Made by a program: the position numbers and the translations under genes
The notes under the pieces: model-generated
The model's input: only the letters and a program-made list of their open reading frames with translations
What the model was told of the DNA's origin: nothing
Database searches by the model: none
Shown here: in pieces, positions 1 to 13,591 of the stretch
How positions within the stretch are numbered: position 1 is the first letter of the stretch
Layout of the letters: every line of letters starts with the position of its first letter
NCBI GenBank assembly: GCA_038496445.1
Contig: JALMLS010000512.1
Span: 1 to 43,351 of the forward strand
Reading direction: 5' to 3'
Length of the DNA: 43,351 nt
From: Trichosphaerium sp. ATCC 40318
Lineage: Eukaryota > Protista > Tubulinea

Positions 1-577
1 AAGACGAACACTCAAGGTATTTCAAAGCCCCAATACTTTGTGCCATTGATGTTCCTTGTTCGAATGTTATTGGAGCTTGTTTCTTTGCAGCAAGCTTATT
101 TATCGTTGTTTCTTTATCTCTGAGATCAATCTTATTACCAATCAATATGATTGGTACATTAGGACAATGATGAGAAACTTCTGGAAACCACTAGATGAAG
201 ACGTAAGCAACAAACAAGCGAAAAAGATAAAACCGAAGTTTCACACGTGCCTTTTCTCTCACGTTTTCGAAAGATGATGGAGCAACAACTGAGAAACATA
301 TTAAGAACACCTCTGTATCAGGATATGATAAAGGTCTTAATCTAGCATATTGTTCGCGCCCAGAAGAATCCCATAATTGGAGATTGATTTGAAGACCGTC
401 AACCATAACATTTGCAGTGTAATTATCAAACATGAAATCTAACATCTCTACAACAACAGTTACTAACTAGTAAATGAGTATAGGGTCACCAGGCATGGTA
501 TTAGTGGTATAGGATATAAGCATAGCCGTTTTTCCAACAGCACTGTCTCCAACGAGTACTGATTTTATTGTTCTCAT
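1..577 (-). CDS. Atypical Rho/Rac-family small GTPase (at least 3 exons; runs off the left edge)
   Basis: Manual splice gives [26 protein letters not shown]...[60 protein letters not shown]|[25 protein letters not shown]. This carries the Rac signatures LRPLSYP and FDNY plus the G1, G3 and G4 boxes. Introns at ~449-490 (GT-AG) and ~191-250 (GC-AG). Confidence 0.93.
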
Positions 578-702
578 TGTTGTTGTGTGTATTCCTTGCA
601 TTAAAAATACTTGTTTGTGCTGTAGTTAGGCTAACATAAAATAATTTGGCTTTCGCCTAATTTGAATTATTTATCTTCACTGAAACTAAACAGCTGCTGT
701 TA

Positions 703-890
703 AGGCTTGGTGGAACAATGGTAAAATACAAAGGCATTGTAATTACATCAACGACAAGCTAGAAGGAGAGTACAAGGTATGGTATGAGAATATCCAATTG
801 TGGTGGAAGTGTAATTTTGCCAATGACAAACAAGAAGGAGAATACAAGGCCTTGCATTGGGAATGGGTACCCATTGTAATTACATCAATG
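703..890 (+). pseudogene. Remnant of a MORN-variant repeat gene
   Basis: Translates AWWNNGKIQRHCNYINDKLEGEYKVWYENIQLWWKCNFANDKQEGEYKALHW, the same repeat as 14730-15100. No ATG-initiated N-terminus; the repeat breaks down after ~860. Confidence 0.7.
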
Positions 891-916
891 GCAAACGATC
901 ATATCAGGCATTTTTG

Positions 917-3900
917 GCTAGGTTTTGTTCATCACTGTGAGTACGTAGTACATGCTAACAAGCAAAAACTGTTTAGCTATGTTCTAAGGTAACATAGACT
1001 AAGAAAAGCGTCTTACCATTGAACAAGTTTTATTGAAAAATACCGACAATTACTTTTCTACCACTTTCTTTGTTGGCTTTTTTTTTTTGTATTTTTTATA
1101 AGTTTACATAGGTACAAGCCCTAGTTGTTGCTGCTTTGTATAAACCAAACTAACATTACATAAAGTACGTTTTTCCCAATAGCTATTCATTGTTTCAATA
1201 TCTCCAGTGTCAAAGCAATATTGTAATACAACCAAGAAAGAATCAATGTTTATAACTTCTGGATTATTTTCAAGTCCATCATCAAAGAACTTGAATAATT
1301 GTTTCTTTGTACCAGATGTTGCTATTAGTTTAATCATAATCTCATATGAACGTTGATCAATACCAAAATTCTGTTGTATTGTCTTATATAGTTCAAGTCC
1401 TTTCTGTAAGTCACCAATCTTTAAGAAACCTTCAAGTAAAATATTTATCTGACTTGTATTTACTTTTACTTTCATTATCTCACTCATTGTTTCTAAAAGT
1501 TCTGTAGCTGCTGGTATATCTTCACAAATACATGATATAGCTGTGTTTATATGAGGATCCTTATCAGAAAAAACAGAAGTAAGCATAACACACAAAACGT
1601 TACACAAAAAAAAGAATCAGAAAAGAAAAAAAAAAAAAAAAAGAAAAACTAAAAGCGTGTTCAAGCTCTTTTATGTTTTCAGGCAATAACTTGGCATCAT
1701 TGTTTCCTCATGCGTAGTGATTACAGTGATGCAATTAAGAACACTTTCATCCGTCACGGGTTTTTTTTGTTGCTTGAGTTTGAAAAAGAATATGAAGACG
1801 TAGGTTTGGGTTTATACCTTGTCATCATCATTATCACCATAAATCGTGTCATTTATGAAGTTAATCAAAGATAATTTATACTCTTTTCTCTTTTCTTCTG
1901 ATATAACAGACTCAAATATAGCTTTCCATAGAAATGCATAGGTTGCAAGTGTCTCGTCTAAATAGAGAAATGAGCTAGAGCTTGAACCTAAAAAAAAACT
2001 GTCCCGAAAAAAATAGGCAAACACGGCCTTTGTTGTTATTATTATTTTGGAGTATGTAATAAAGTGTAATTACACTGGCAGTAGAAAGTGAATTAAAAGG
2101 AAATTGTGTGATTCTTGAGTCACCACGTGAAGAAAAAAAACCAAAATAAACTAGATAAGTGCGTTTGGAGACTTCTTCTATTTTACCCTCCGCGCTGGCC
2201 AGAGAATAGTAGTTTGTAGTAAAATACGTAAAGTGTAGCAGATATAAATTGTAATAGATTATGCACAAACGTACGTTCAAGTGATTCAGCAAGGGCACGT
2301 TCAAACTCTTCCAAAGGCAATTCCATCAAAATAATAGAAAGAAGGTATGGACGTACAAAGTACTCTTTACACTCTATCATTTTACTCCTTATGGCCATAA
2401 TATGTTGTAATAGATCATTAACACGTGGTACATCCTTTGATATTGTTAATGCTTTAAGGAACCCTTCAGCTATTATCGTAAAGTGCATATACACAGCACG
2501 TTTATGAAGTGCATGCCATAGTTCTGAAGCGCTCTTAATATCACCATTATATAAATAATTCTTTAAAAGACAAGAAAACATTAAATGGGGTATCTCATTA
2601 TCACGCTATGGAAAGGGTGTTAGAAAGACTGTAAGAGAAAAACAGTTTGAAGAGGTTTTTTTTTTTGTATTGTAACACGTACAAGGTCTTTAGCTTGTAG
2701 ACAAAGTTGGTAGAGTAAATATCCAGCTTCTCTATCACAAATAGATAGAGACAATGCCATTTGTTTGTATAAAGCGGTTGCAACGTTGTGTAACGGTACA
2801 TTACGTAGAGGTTCACAGAACTATGACTTAGTTAAAAAAACTGGCTTAATAGACTTAAAGAAAAGAAAGAAAAAAAACAGACAGACGTCTTGCTGAAGCT
2901 TCCAGGCAACCTTGATCAGAAAGAGGTTGTTATTTTTTATACGACGTACTTTTACTATTTTTTCAACTTCCCCAGCCCTTGTATAATGCCGCAACATTGC
3001 TATGTCACTTTCTAATCCTCTTTTATTTTTTCTTTTAACAATATGCATGCATTTGTAAGCTTCTTCAATCTCTGTGATCATATCTCTATCATAAAGAGCA
3101 GCCAATAGACTATGAAAGGCCTATATAAATGATGAACGCTTAGAATAATATATTAAACGTCCTCAAGAGCGTCTAGAGTATAACAAAGCAGCTCAAAAAA
3201 AAACGGAAAAAAAAGGTACCTGGTTAGTTATGAAAGTGTTAGTTGATTTTGCATCTTCTAGTAACTCTAGTGCTGGTTCGATACGACCAGCGGAGCTAAG
3301 TAAATTATTAGATGACGTGTAGATTATTGAAAACCTCAGCACGTTTTTTAATGATGTCTGAAAAAGAGCAAAAATAAAAAAGAAAAAAGCACGATAGTTT
3401 CCTCGTCCTTTCAGTAATTTAGACCACCGTCAGTTATATACTCTGTTTTGTACTATACTGTACACCATAACTGACAAGAGGCCAAACAATCCGTCACATA
3501 GTGAGAGACAAAGAAAAAGTTTCAAAAAACAAGAAAAAAAGCGGAGTTGGGTTAACACCAACGCTAATACGAATAAGACTTGCCTGTATCCCCTAATCAT
3601 CACCGAAAGAAGCACTGACGAAACCAGGTTACGCACTTTATACGCCTGGTAAAAAGAATCAACTTTAAGCAACTGTCCTTGTCTGAATAAAGCGTCTATT
3701 GCTATGGATGTTGTTGTTGGTGTTTTCATATCCATTGGCAACCTTTGGTATAATTCTGTTACCATATCGTATTGTTTTTTAGCCAACGCCAAACGCATTT
3801 TGTCCACCTTTTCTAGTCTGCTATTGTCAGACAATGCAAGGTCCGCTGCACGCACAGACGGTTCAGGTTTGCTCTTTTCGCGTTTAGCGACACTGAAACC

Positions 3901-4047
3901 GTCTCTTTTGATCTTCGGGTGTATGTCAGTGTAGCCTTGTTTAATTTTAAGCACTCTTTGGGAGTGAAACTTTCTGAACGTGGCGGGTCGCTTTGTTTTG
4001 GTGGTATTGCGCGTATTGTGGTACCACACAGCCGATTTGAGGAACAT
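917..4047 (-). CDS. Pentatricopeptide-repeat (PPR) protein, probably mitochondrial, multi-exon
   Basis: Arg/Lys/Thr-rich, acid-free N-terminus (MFLKSAVWYHNTRNTTKTKRPATFRKF). PPR-like helical repeats include SVLLSVMIRGY, QINILLEGFLKIGDLQKGLELYKTI and FSCLLKNYLYNGDIKSASELW. The 3' end is approximate. Confidence 0.75.
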
Positions 4048-4198
4048 TGGTTGGCCGATCTGATTACTTGGCTATTCTTTGTACGAACCCTTTTCTTGAA
4101 GTTATAGCAGCGTGTGACGTAATATTATCTCCAATTAAGTTGGTATAAATGTATTAGCGATCAAGCCATTTCTTTCAGTTTTCTGTTTGAGCTCACTA

Positions 4199-7100
4199 AT
4201 GTCGAGAGCCCTAACGAGGCTTACGTACCTTGTTAGGGGCAAGCAATATTACGCCCCTAGGCAATCAAAGGCATGGAAAAGCTATTTTACTGTCCAAGCT
4301 ATTTTACGCTAACCTCTTAGCACTCAGAGATACTATGCAACCACTAAAAAAACAAACAGTATTCTACGCTCTCGTTCAGGCGGGTTATTGATACGAAAGC
4401 CTACATTACATAATGCACTACCACCGTACGCGACTTTTGTTCGTTAATTGTATACTTTCCTGCCAAACTTCATTAAATCGCTCACCATTCAACCTCTAAT
4501 AGCCATGTACGACGGTATTGCGATGGACCCAAAGAAAACAACGAAAACAATAAAGGCGAAGAAAAGAACGCTGGCGTTGATGAGGATACCAGAAAAAAGG
4601 ATGAGGAGACTAGAAAAAGGATGGAAGAGGAGATGGAAGCTGAGTTTGGGTTCAAACCAGAGCCTGACCTTCCACGTTTAACAAATTACATGGATTACGA
4701 TGAACCTGGAGTACATGGATCATTTGGAGCGAGAGAGCCAATAGCAAAGCGATACGCAGTGAATGACGATGTATACATTATTTCTCCTTTTATACCGCTA
4801 TTTCGCCTTTGATCTCACGTATGAACTAGCCTGAATCGCAAAAGAAGCAGGCAGAATGGAATTCAGAGTTTCAAACTGGTTCCCACGCGACTGAAGAGTT
4901 TATGGATGCCAGAGCTGAACGATTAAAAAAAGATGAAGATGTAAGTAGGAAATGGCGCACGAAGCATTTTTGACTTTTCGTGTTTGTCCAAACGTATTTT
5001 ATCAGATTAATGCTCTAGCACACGCAACACGCATAAATAGTAGCGACTACGCTCAGAGTGCATATTTTAAACGATTTTAAGCGATTTTAAAGCGTTTTTC
5101 CTAAATCAACCTTAAATACCTTGTAGGGCCTTCAAGATGGTATACGTGAATACTATGCTGCAGCAACAGAGGCAGAAAAGGGTGAGGGTGCAGAAGAAGA
5201 AGATATGATACCTCCACGTAAGAATTAAGATCATTATTTATTGGAAGTCATTACCCTTAACACTGTTCTGTCTAGCTTCACAATGGAAATCTCCAGAAGA
5301 GTTTAAACAAACACAAGATTTTTTTTTGGAGCATGGTGTAAAGATAACAGATCCTTCAAAATATCTTCTTGGAAGGAAGTATCCGGAGATTTTCGGTAAG
5401 TTGTCACAATAATTTTTGTTTGTGTTGTTTCTTCTTTTTTTTTTTTTCCAGCGAAAAACTGTCCTTAACATTGATCATATCTTGCTTTACCAATGTCCCT
5501 GTTGTTTAGTTACGCGATTATTACTATGTTAAATTGTACTAAATCCATGGCTTTTTATTAGATCGTGAAGTGGAATGGTTTAGGATGAAGACAGGTCACT
5601 ATGCTGAGATACAGCGTATAAGACGAGATGTACTTCAACCTCGAGTTGATGAAATGGGTAATAAGATGGATCTTAATCCATTACATCCTCGTGATATAAT
5701 GCAAAAGTGGCATGTGTACAATCAATTGCAGACGCTTCCAATATGTACGTCATATTATTATTTGAAGATCTTTTTTTTTTTCTTTTTTTTTTTATTCTAC
5801 TCGCGTTTGTGTGCACGTTTTTTGACTTTTTCGTATTTTAGACAATCCTACACTTGGTGAACGATTTGGTTTATTGCAGAACCCAACATATTTCAGAAAT
5901 GTGCCACCAAGAGATGATACAATATTCCGTCGATTGGGTTTACCTAATCCTATTATTCAACCTTTCCGTCAGATGAGACGTGCACTTGGTGTCTTTACTC
6001 CTCTCGGAAAACCTGCTCGGTTAAGAACTGGTCAATTACATGATGTAGCGGATGATCATGTGTTAGATGTCAATCCACGTGTTGATGCCTATCGTTGGTG
6101 GTATGTCTAAAACAAGATCGAAACTGCTTTTTTTCTATTTTTTTTGTAAACTCAATTCTTACACTTGACGCTCTATTTTTAAATTTGGCTATGCTACGTA
6201 TAGCATAGTGTGTATTTAAAGGAAATATCGAAAGAAAAATAATAGTTATAGCATTTTTAGAGTGGGAAAGGATATTTCTTTTTGAACTTGTTCCTTTCGT
6301 AATTTTTTCTTCTTTTTTGTAATTCAATTGATTTCTTTGCTAATAAAGTACTCTCTAGGCATGAATGGATAACCCCTCCACAAGCTGCTGAATCTGGATA
6401 CGCTGCTGGTGAGATGTATTACTTGAAAGATATTGGATACATATCAAAGCGAGATTATATGAGAGAAATGATTAAGCTTGACAGAATTGCTTACAAACGA
6501 GAACAAGAAGAACAGAATTTAGTAAAGAAGTTGCTTTCTAGAAGTAGAAATGACCTACTTACATACTATGCATCTCAAATTCATTCAAATGATAGTTGGG
6601 CAATAGAGGCTAGAGAAAAGATAGTAGGTATTCTGGCAAACTTGGATACACCAACTTTAAAACAAAGAGTCAGAACTCTTCTTTCACTTCCTGAACCTAA
6701 ACTTATAACTGCACGTCAAATGCCTAAGAAGAAGAAGAAGAAGAAGAAAAAACCAGGTGTAATCAGTAGGTTTGTCTTTCAGCCTATCAAGAATACAAAA
6801 AGGAATATTCAATTATATTTTCGTGGATTAATTGCGGATTGGTTCTTTCATGGTGATAGAGCTCTAGCACGAAGTGCTGTTGTCCGTGCGAAATGGGCAC
6901 CAACTTTTTTCATGAGAAGGATGACAAAGAATGTAAGGATTCCTGCACTCGGTGGTGGTTCTGCGATGGGTATTGCTTGGGTAATTGTAACAATAGGTAA
7001 TTTTTTTTGAAAATTTTTGAATATTTTCGAAACTCTTTAAGCTCTTTTGTACATGAGGGTTTATGCTGAATTTTTTAAATTAAGGGGGAATTATTGTAAG

Positions 7101-9488
7101 TATTCTTGTGGTATATCGTTATATTGGTGAAATATTTGGATTTGCAAACCATGAAGTACGTTCTCAACTTGAACAGAATTGTTATTTGTGAAATAGTATT
7201 CTTGTCACTAACAACTTGTTTTTGTAGTTCAAAACGCCATTGGCGTTTAATATATTAGAAGACTTTGTACAAATAATGCCTAGATTCCGTGAGTTCACTA
7301 TAGGCGGAATGAGTCCTATTTTGGACCCACAAAAGATATCAACTTTATTATCTATAGAAGAAATGGGTTACGGTTGTGGTAAGTTTTTTTTCTTCGAGTT
7401 ATTTTAAGAATTTCTTCTTTATTATTTTCTTCTTTTCCGTATTAATCAATATTAATTAGTAACGTTTCAAATGGACTATCCAGATGAGATAACGTTTCAA
7501 GCAAAAATTTGGTTTGGGGTACACGAGAGCAGTTTTTTTTTTTTTGGATTTGGAAAATCAAGCCATTTTTTCGAAAAAGAATACAGAAAAGAAATCGGAA
7601 TTTTGTCTAACGTTTATTAGAGCGTCAGTGAGGAGGAAAAAGATAAATGGGTGCCTTTCTTGTTCACAGTTACTCCAGCTAAGGTCAGCCCAGCCGGTAT
7701 GATTACTAGTTTATCTAAAAACGATGCTAAAGAGTATACACATCTTTTTGACACGTAAGTTGTTTTTTTTGGATACTTTTTTTTTTTAGTCGTTCTAGGC
7801 AACGCGTATTGCCTTATTTTATTATTTGAAGATACTAATTATTTCTTTTATAGGTTTGTGTATGATTTCAATCAATACTGTAGAAGTGCTAGGAGTAGTA
7901 ACACAAAGTTGGTATGTATTCCTATTTTTTTCTTGTTTTTTTTCCTTTTTGTTTTGTTCTTTTTGTGAGGTTCCACTAAAGTGAGCTAAACAACTTTACA
8001 CCAATGCAAATACTTTATGAATATTGCGTAAATATGATAATAATATGCGCACTACAATTTTAAACGATGGGGATTTCTGAAGAATGTTTTTTTTTCTTGT
8101 CGTTGTTACATTTAATGTTAATGTGCTTGTGCTCTTTACTCTATCCTTGTATTTTACTTATACATAAATATTAGAAATTCAAATTTTGGCATTATGATAA
8201 ATCAAAGATTGTCGGACAACAAGGTCATTTCCCTATGCGTACGTGAACAACAAACGAAAAAGCAACAACAACAAAAAAAAGTTTATTCAGTTTTTTATTT
8301 TTTTTTTACTTACCACTTTTTTCCCTCTTAGCTATTGAACAAAAATACCATATATTCCCACGTGTAGACGGACCAAAACTATGGAAATCAAGCCGACAAT
8401 TTAAAGGAACATCTTATGGTGAAACACGTTATTATGAAGACTTTCCACGTAAAGAAAAAGTGGTAGAAGATACAGTGGATCCAAAGTTAATTGAAGCTGA
8501 GGAAGCTAAATATGATGACCCTAATTCTTTTTGGTATATCGATAAGACAGGTCTTACAGAGGAAGATATAATGTATAAACAAGCAGAACTTATGCGTAAG
8601 TATGTTGAGGAAGCTCCTATAAACCCTGAAGAGCAGGATAAGCCTGTAGATGAAGAGACACGTAAACGACAAGAAAAGTTTAAGGAAGATGTTTATCTTA
8701 AAAGTCTTGGTTTGAGTGAACTACCTCCTCCTGATTTTGTTGCACCTTGGTTTGAGAATAGAGCTATTAAGAGTCTTGGTGATCGTCTTGATTCAACACC
8801 TTTCGAGTATTTGCACTATAAGGGTGATCTTGATACGTGTGATGATGAACAACTTGAGGAACTTTATGAGATGGGTATACAAGAAGGAAAGTTTACTGAA
8901 GAAGAATATGATTTAGATGGTTTCAAAGAAGCGTTCTTAGAATATATTTCTAAAACTCATCCAGTATATCATGATCAACATACTGGAGGAATGGAGGCGT
9001 TCATGTTTGAGTCTCAGGAACCATCTAAGCAGAATATGATAAAAAGGATGCATGATATGGCGAAGACTGTCAACTCTTTGGAAGGTAAGAAATGTTTTCT
9101 TTTTTTTTTCTTTCGCTTTTTTTCTTTCGATTTGTGTTTGTTGATTGCTTATCATTGTTTTTTGTTATAGATGGTCAAGTATATATTGATCCAAAATATA
9201 TTGGTAAGGGAGATGAAATATACTATGGTAAATTACCAGAGAACTATAAGAGGTAAGGAAAAGAGCAAAGGGAAAACACAACATTTTGCTTCTTGTTTTT
9301 TTTCAGAAGTTCGACAACTTTTTTTTGTCTTTCAACTACTAACACTACTGTGTAGGTATGGTGATGAAATTGAGTCTGAATGGTTACGTACATTCGTATT
9401 TGGAAAAGACTACAAAGAATGGCCATATCCATACCCGCCATCCCATCATCTTTTTCAACCACCAGAAGAGGCTTCCGGCACACTTTGA
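4199..9488 (+). CDS. Large uncharacterised multi-exon protein, acidic with a hydrophobic segment, possibly mitochondrial (could be two genes)
   Basis: Chain of purine-rich exons (e.g. 6359-6996, 8331-9083) separated by poly-T GT-AG introns. N-terminus MSRALTRLTYLVRGKQYYAPRQSK resembles a presequence. Hydrophobic stretch AMGIAWVIVTI/GGIIVSILVVY. No family recognised; junctions at 7970-8175 unresolved. Confidence 0.55.
6726..6751 (+). repeat. (AAG)n microsatellite encoding poly-lysine
   Basis: aagaagaagaagaagaagaagaaaaa inside the 6414-7010 ORF (MPKKKKKKKKPG). Confidence 0.9.
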
Positions 9489-10531
9489 AAAAAAAAAAAA
9501 ACCAAAACAACAAAAGAACAAAGCGCCTTTTTTTTTTCTTTGGCAACAAGATGAGTGTTAATAAATAAATGTTTGCCAAAAAGGCCAATACCCATGTTTT
9601 GTTGGCCAACTAGCTTAAAAACACATTTAGAGAAATCATCGTGATAAATTGATGGGCGCGACGGCATGGTACTAACTTGTGTGGAGGTGCGTGTAAGGAA
9701 ATCCAGAGTCTTTCAAGTGTGATAGTGCCTCCAGTATCTGAAAAATCAGAATTTTTTTTAGTTTTACTTCAAATAGCAGAAAAAAGACAGCGCCAAGTAA
9801 ACAGCAGACGTTCTACATGTTTTAATAGTATTCTTTGGAATTATGCTTGTTCTTCGTGAAACTGCTTATCCAAATGAACAATATTTCGTATCATTCAAGT
9901 TACACATTTGTCTAACGGAAGGGCGTGCGTTTGAGTTTAAAAAAATACCAGAAATCGGAAATGTACATAAATTGCCATCGATTTTTTCGCTAAGTGTTTA
10001 TAATTTAAAATATACATTTATATTCCATCTTTTGACCAAGCACCACTATGTTAAGCTTATCAGTGTTTTAGTGAATGACATTCAATAATAAAAGCTATAA
10101 ATGGAATGTTTTATAATAGTAATGGAGTTGGGTCACATTGCAACAATTACTTAGAATGTTTTTCTTGTTTTTTTATTGCACAATTTTAAAAAGCTGTTTT
10201 TGTGCTACAATTCAACACGTGTTCAAAATTTCAACTGGGAACATTGACCACACACTGTATTGTTCTTTCTCAAAAAACTTTTTTGGAGTACAAAGTACAA
10301 CATGTTGCCAAAAACTGTGTTTTTTGTTTGCTCCAACTTTTTAATTAGTGGTATGTTACTTTTAGCGTACGTTACGCTTGTGTTAGCTTATTGTAACGGT
10401 TTCTTGTAAACCTTGCTGTAAGCGGTATTCTACGTTTATTAGGCGCTAAAAAATCATATACTGCATTTACGCAATTAAGTGAAACAGATTGGGATCTTAA
10501 TTATTTCAGTATCAACGCTAACAAGTCAGAA

Positions 10532-13500
10532 ATGGGTAACAAAAAATGTAAGCATGCGGTAGACAGGCTGGATAAGGCTACTAAACTGAAATCTATCAAA
10601 AAAGCTGCAATTGAAGCGAAAAAACTAGAGATAGACGAAATCACGATTCTAGTACTTGGTAGGCGTATTAAACACCGTCAGTTATTTAATTTGAAACTAA
10701 TAAACACCAGGATCGGCATTCAGCGGTTAGCACGAAATAAAAGCGGTTATTAGCTTATTCAGTCACGTAAATAGGCAAATCTACGTTTGTTAAGCATTTT
10801 TGCGTACAATTGCTTCAAGAAGATGTAGAAGCCCGACGAGATTACAACTTCGCTATTACACATCATATATGGTATTGCTTACAGGAATTTAAACGAAGTC
10901 CTTATTTTAGTCGTTGCAAGAAGGCACGGCTTACTTGCTAAAGATCTGGTATTTGATTTGGTTTAATTAATTAACTAGAGCACTCAATCCGTTATTTTGA
11001 GTCTATCGGATCCAGACGATCCTAAGTGTAATTGTAATTATAATTTCGACTCGGAGCAATCTTGTTTTGATGCTGTTAAAAAGTACGTGAAGGGAGAAAA
11101 AAACAGAATTTTCTGAGAAAGAAGTTAATAGTATTTTTACAGGCTCGTCAATTCAGACTTCATGGATGAATGTACTGCATTTAAAGAATCTCTTGTGTAC
11201 AATAGCCCTATGCATAATTTATCTATGTACGTTGATATACAAGCTGAAAATAGAATACAAAATGAACTTTCTTACTAAACTTTTTTCTATTAAGTTTATT
11301 GAACGCTGTTGCAAAAAGAACTAAAGGATGGGAAGTAACAATACCTGAAATTATGAATGTACGTATATGGACAACAGGGGTTGTAGAGAAAGAGTACCTA
11401 GGCCATAATGGTCAACAGTTTAATCTTTTGGATGTTGGTGGTACGTCTTTTTTAGTTTTAAAAGTATTTGTTGCTCAGGCTTATCACGTTTTACTTTGTA
11501 CTCAATAATACTTTTCTTTTAGTATTTGTTTATTAAAATTAGAGTTTTTTAGTATAAGCTGTGGCATTGTTGTGTTGAAGGCTTATGCTACTTTTGTTAT
11601 TTTTTGCAGTTGGCTAAGTTTTTTTTTATTAAGGTCATCGAAATGAATGGAGAAAATGGTTACATTGCTTTGGAAATGTACATTATATTTGCCATGTGGT
11701 GTCACTAACCGAGTATCTTTTTTGAATTCAAGTAAGGCATAGACAAGACACTAATCCATAGTTGTTTCGTGTTGTGACTTGTATTTTTATTGGAATTTCT
11801 TTTTTTGTTTTGTCTTTAACTCTCAAGCTTCATGTACTTGTTGTGTGAAGATTCACAAACAAATTCATACGAAAAAGCAAAACTTTTACTCTCAGAACAA
11901 ATTAGCAGTAAAGGGTTAGCACATGCCAGCGTCATTGTAGTTTTATCAAAATATGATCTTCTCAAAAAGTTAATGCCTGAGAACTTCGTTAAATTCCAAA
12001 AAATGTTTCCACACTACAAAGGTACGTTAAAAACATGCCTTATTGATCCCATAAATTAAACAAAAAGGAATTTAATTTGATTGTGGACCCTTAGACTTCA
12101 ATACAAGAATATTCCTATTTTTTTCTTTCTTTTGATCGATATCAGTTCAATCAATGCCTATAACTTTGTTTGCTTATTTTTATTGAAGGTTCCTCTGATG
12201 TTGATGAAATTGTCTTACACATCATTGAAGATTTGAAAAAGACTATTAATAAAGGAAGATACAATGTAATGTTCATATGCGGCACGCTAACAGAGTTCGA
12301 TTTGCACTTTCCCTTGGTTCGCATAATTGAGAAAATTGCTTATAAGACAAGACGTGAAGGTACTTCACTAGTACTAATTTTATGTAAATACTCACATTTT
12401 TGAAAGAGGAGACTGAGGAGAGTAAAGGGAAGCCTGAAACTCGATTTGGAAAGTCATTTAAGTCTTACTTGTTTCCTGATTTAAGTGATGCTACTATCAT
12501 TCCATCAGAGTTTAGTAGGCTCAGAGGAGATAAATATGAAGTGCTTAATGACTTTGAGTTCGAACTAAACCAAGAGTCATCGCTTAAGATCAGCAGGGTA
12601 AGAAAAAAGCAAAATATGAAATTGTGTAACTTACTTTTTTTTAGGTATTCGTGGAGAGCCAAGTGCCTGAACTGTTTGTAGACGCTGGAGAAAAAGATTC
12701 CATCCTGAAGCTTGACCATTCTTCTAGAGCGTTCAATTGTCTTATTTCTTGTATTTATGGCAAATCAGTTCAATACGATGACGAACCTTCATTTATAAAA
12801 CTGTTACAATCACTAAAAACGAATAAGCTCGTAAAAGAAATCCAAAGCACCAAACCTGGATGCTACTTTATCAATTCGAAGGGTATCAAAAGATCTTTAA
12901 AGAGACTATACAAGCATGAAGAATCAAAGGATTTAATTCTAAAGACTAGCGATGACAACGAACTGAAGTGTCACAAGGTACATTGCTTCTTTTTGCAACT
13001 TTTTTTTCTTTGTTTTGTTTACTTTTCCGAGTTTTCTTTTTATCTAGCGCCAATACTGTGATTGCTCGTAGTATTGTAATATAATAACTGATTGTATTGT
13101 TTTAGGTTATCTTAGTAGCACGCATACCGTTCTTTGAACAAATTCTGGTATCAAATCAATCAACAGATAAGAATGCTAATGTCATCAAAATTGGTGAACC
13201 TCTCCGTGTCGTCAACCTTTTATTGGATTATCTATACAAAGACAGCATTCCCTTAAACGATATATATACTCTATGGATGCTTTACAAGTTAAGTGATAAG
13301 TACCAAATCGAAAGAATGAAAGGATATGTTTTATCAGGCTTTGTAAAACATCAATGTGGTGTTGAATGCCTTGATGTCTTTTTACAGATACTAGAATACA
13401 CAATGCATATGGAAGGAGAGATTATAGAAATGATGTGTCATGATTGGTTTGTACGTCATGCTTGTGACGGACATGATTTTGTTTTAAATGAAGGAACACG

Positions 13501-13591
13501 TGATGATGTTGTTGCTTACTTGAGAACACTTCATCCTGTGCTAAGAGATACAGTTACCATTATTAACGACAACACAAGTACAAGTCTTTAA
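10532..13591 (+). CDS. Divergent heterotrimeric G-protein alpha subunit fused to two BTB/POZ domains
   Basis: Spliced frame: MGNKKC N-terminus; ILVLG-SAFS-GKST (G1); full-length helical domain; VRIWTTG (G2); LLDVGGHRNEWRKWLHCF (G3); VVLSKYDLL (G4); ICGTLT (G5 position). It continues without a stop into FGKSFKSYLFPDLSDATII...AFNCLISCIYG (degenerate BTB), then DLILKTSDDNELKCHKVILVARIPFF...LLLDYLYKD...LSDKYQIERMK (BTB). Confidence 0.85.
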
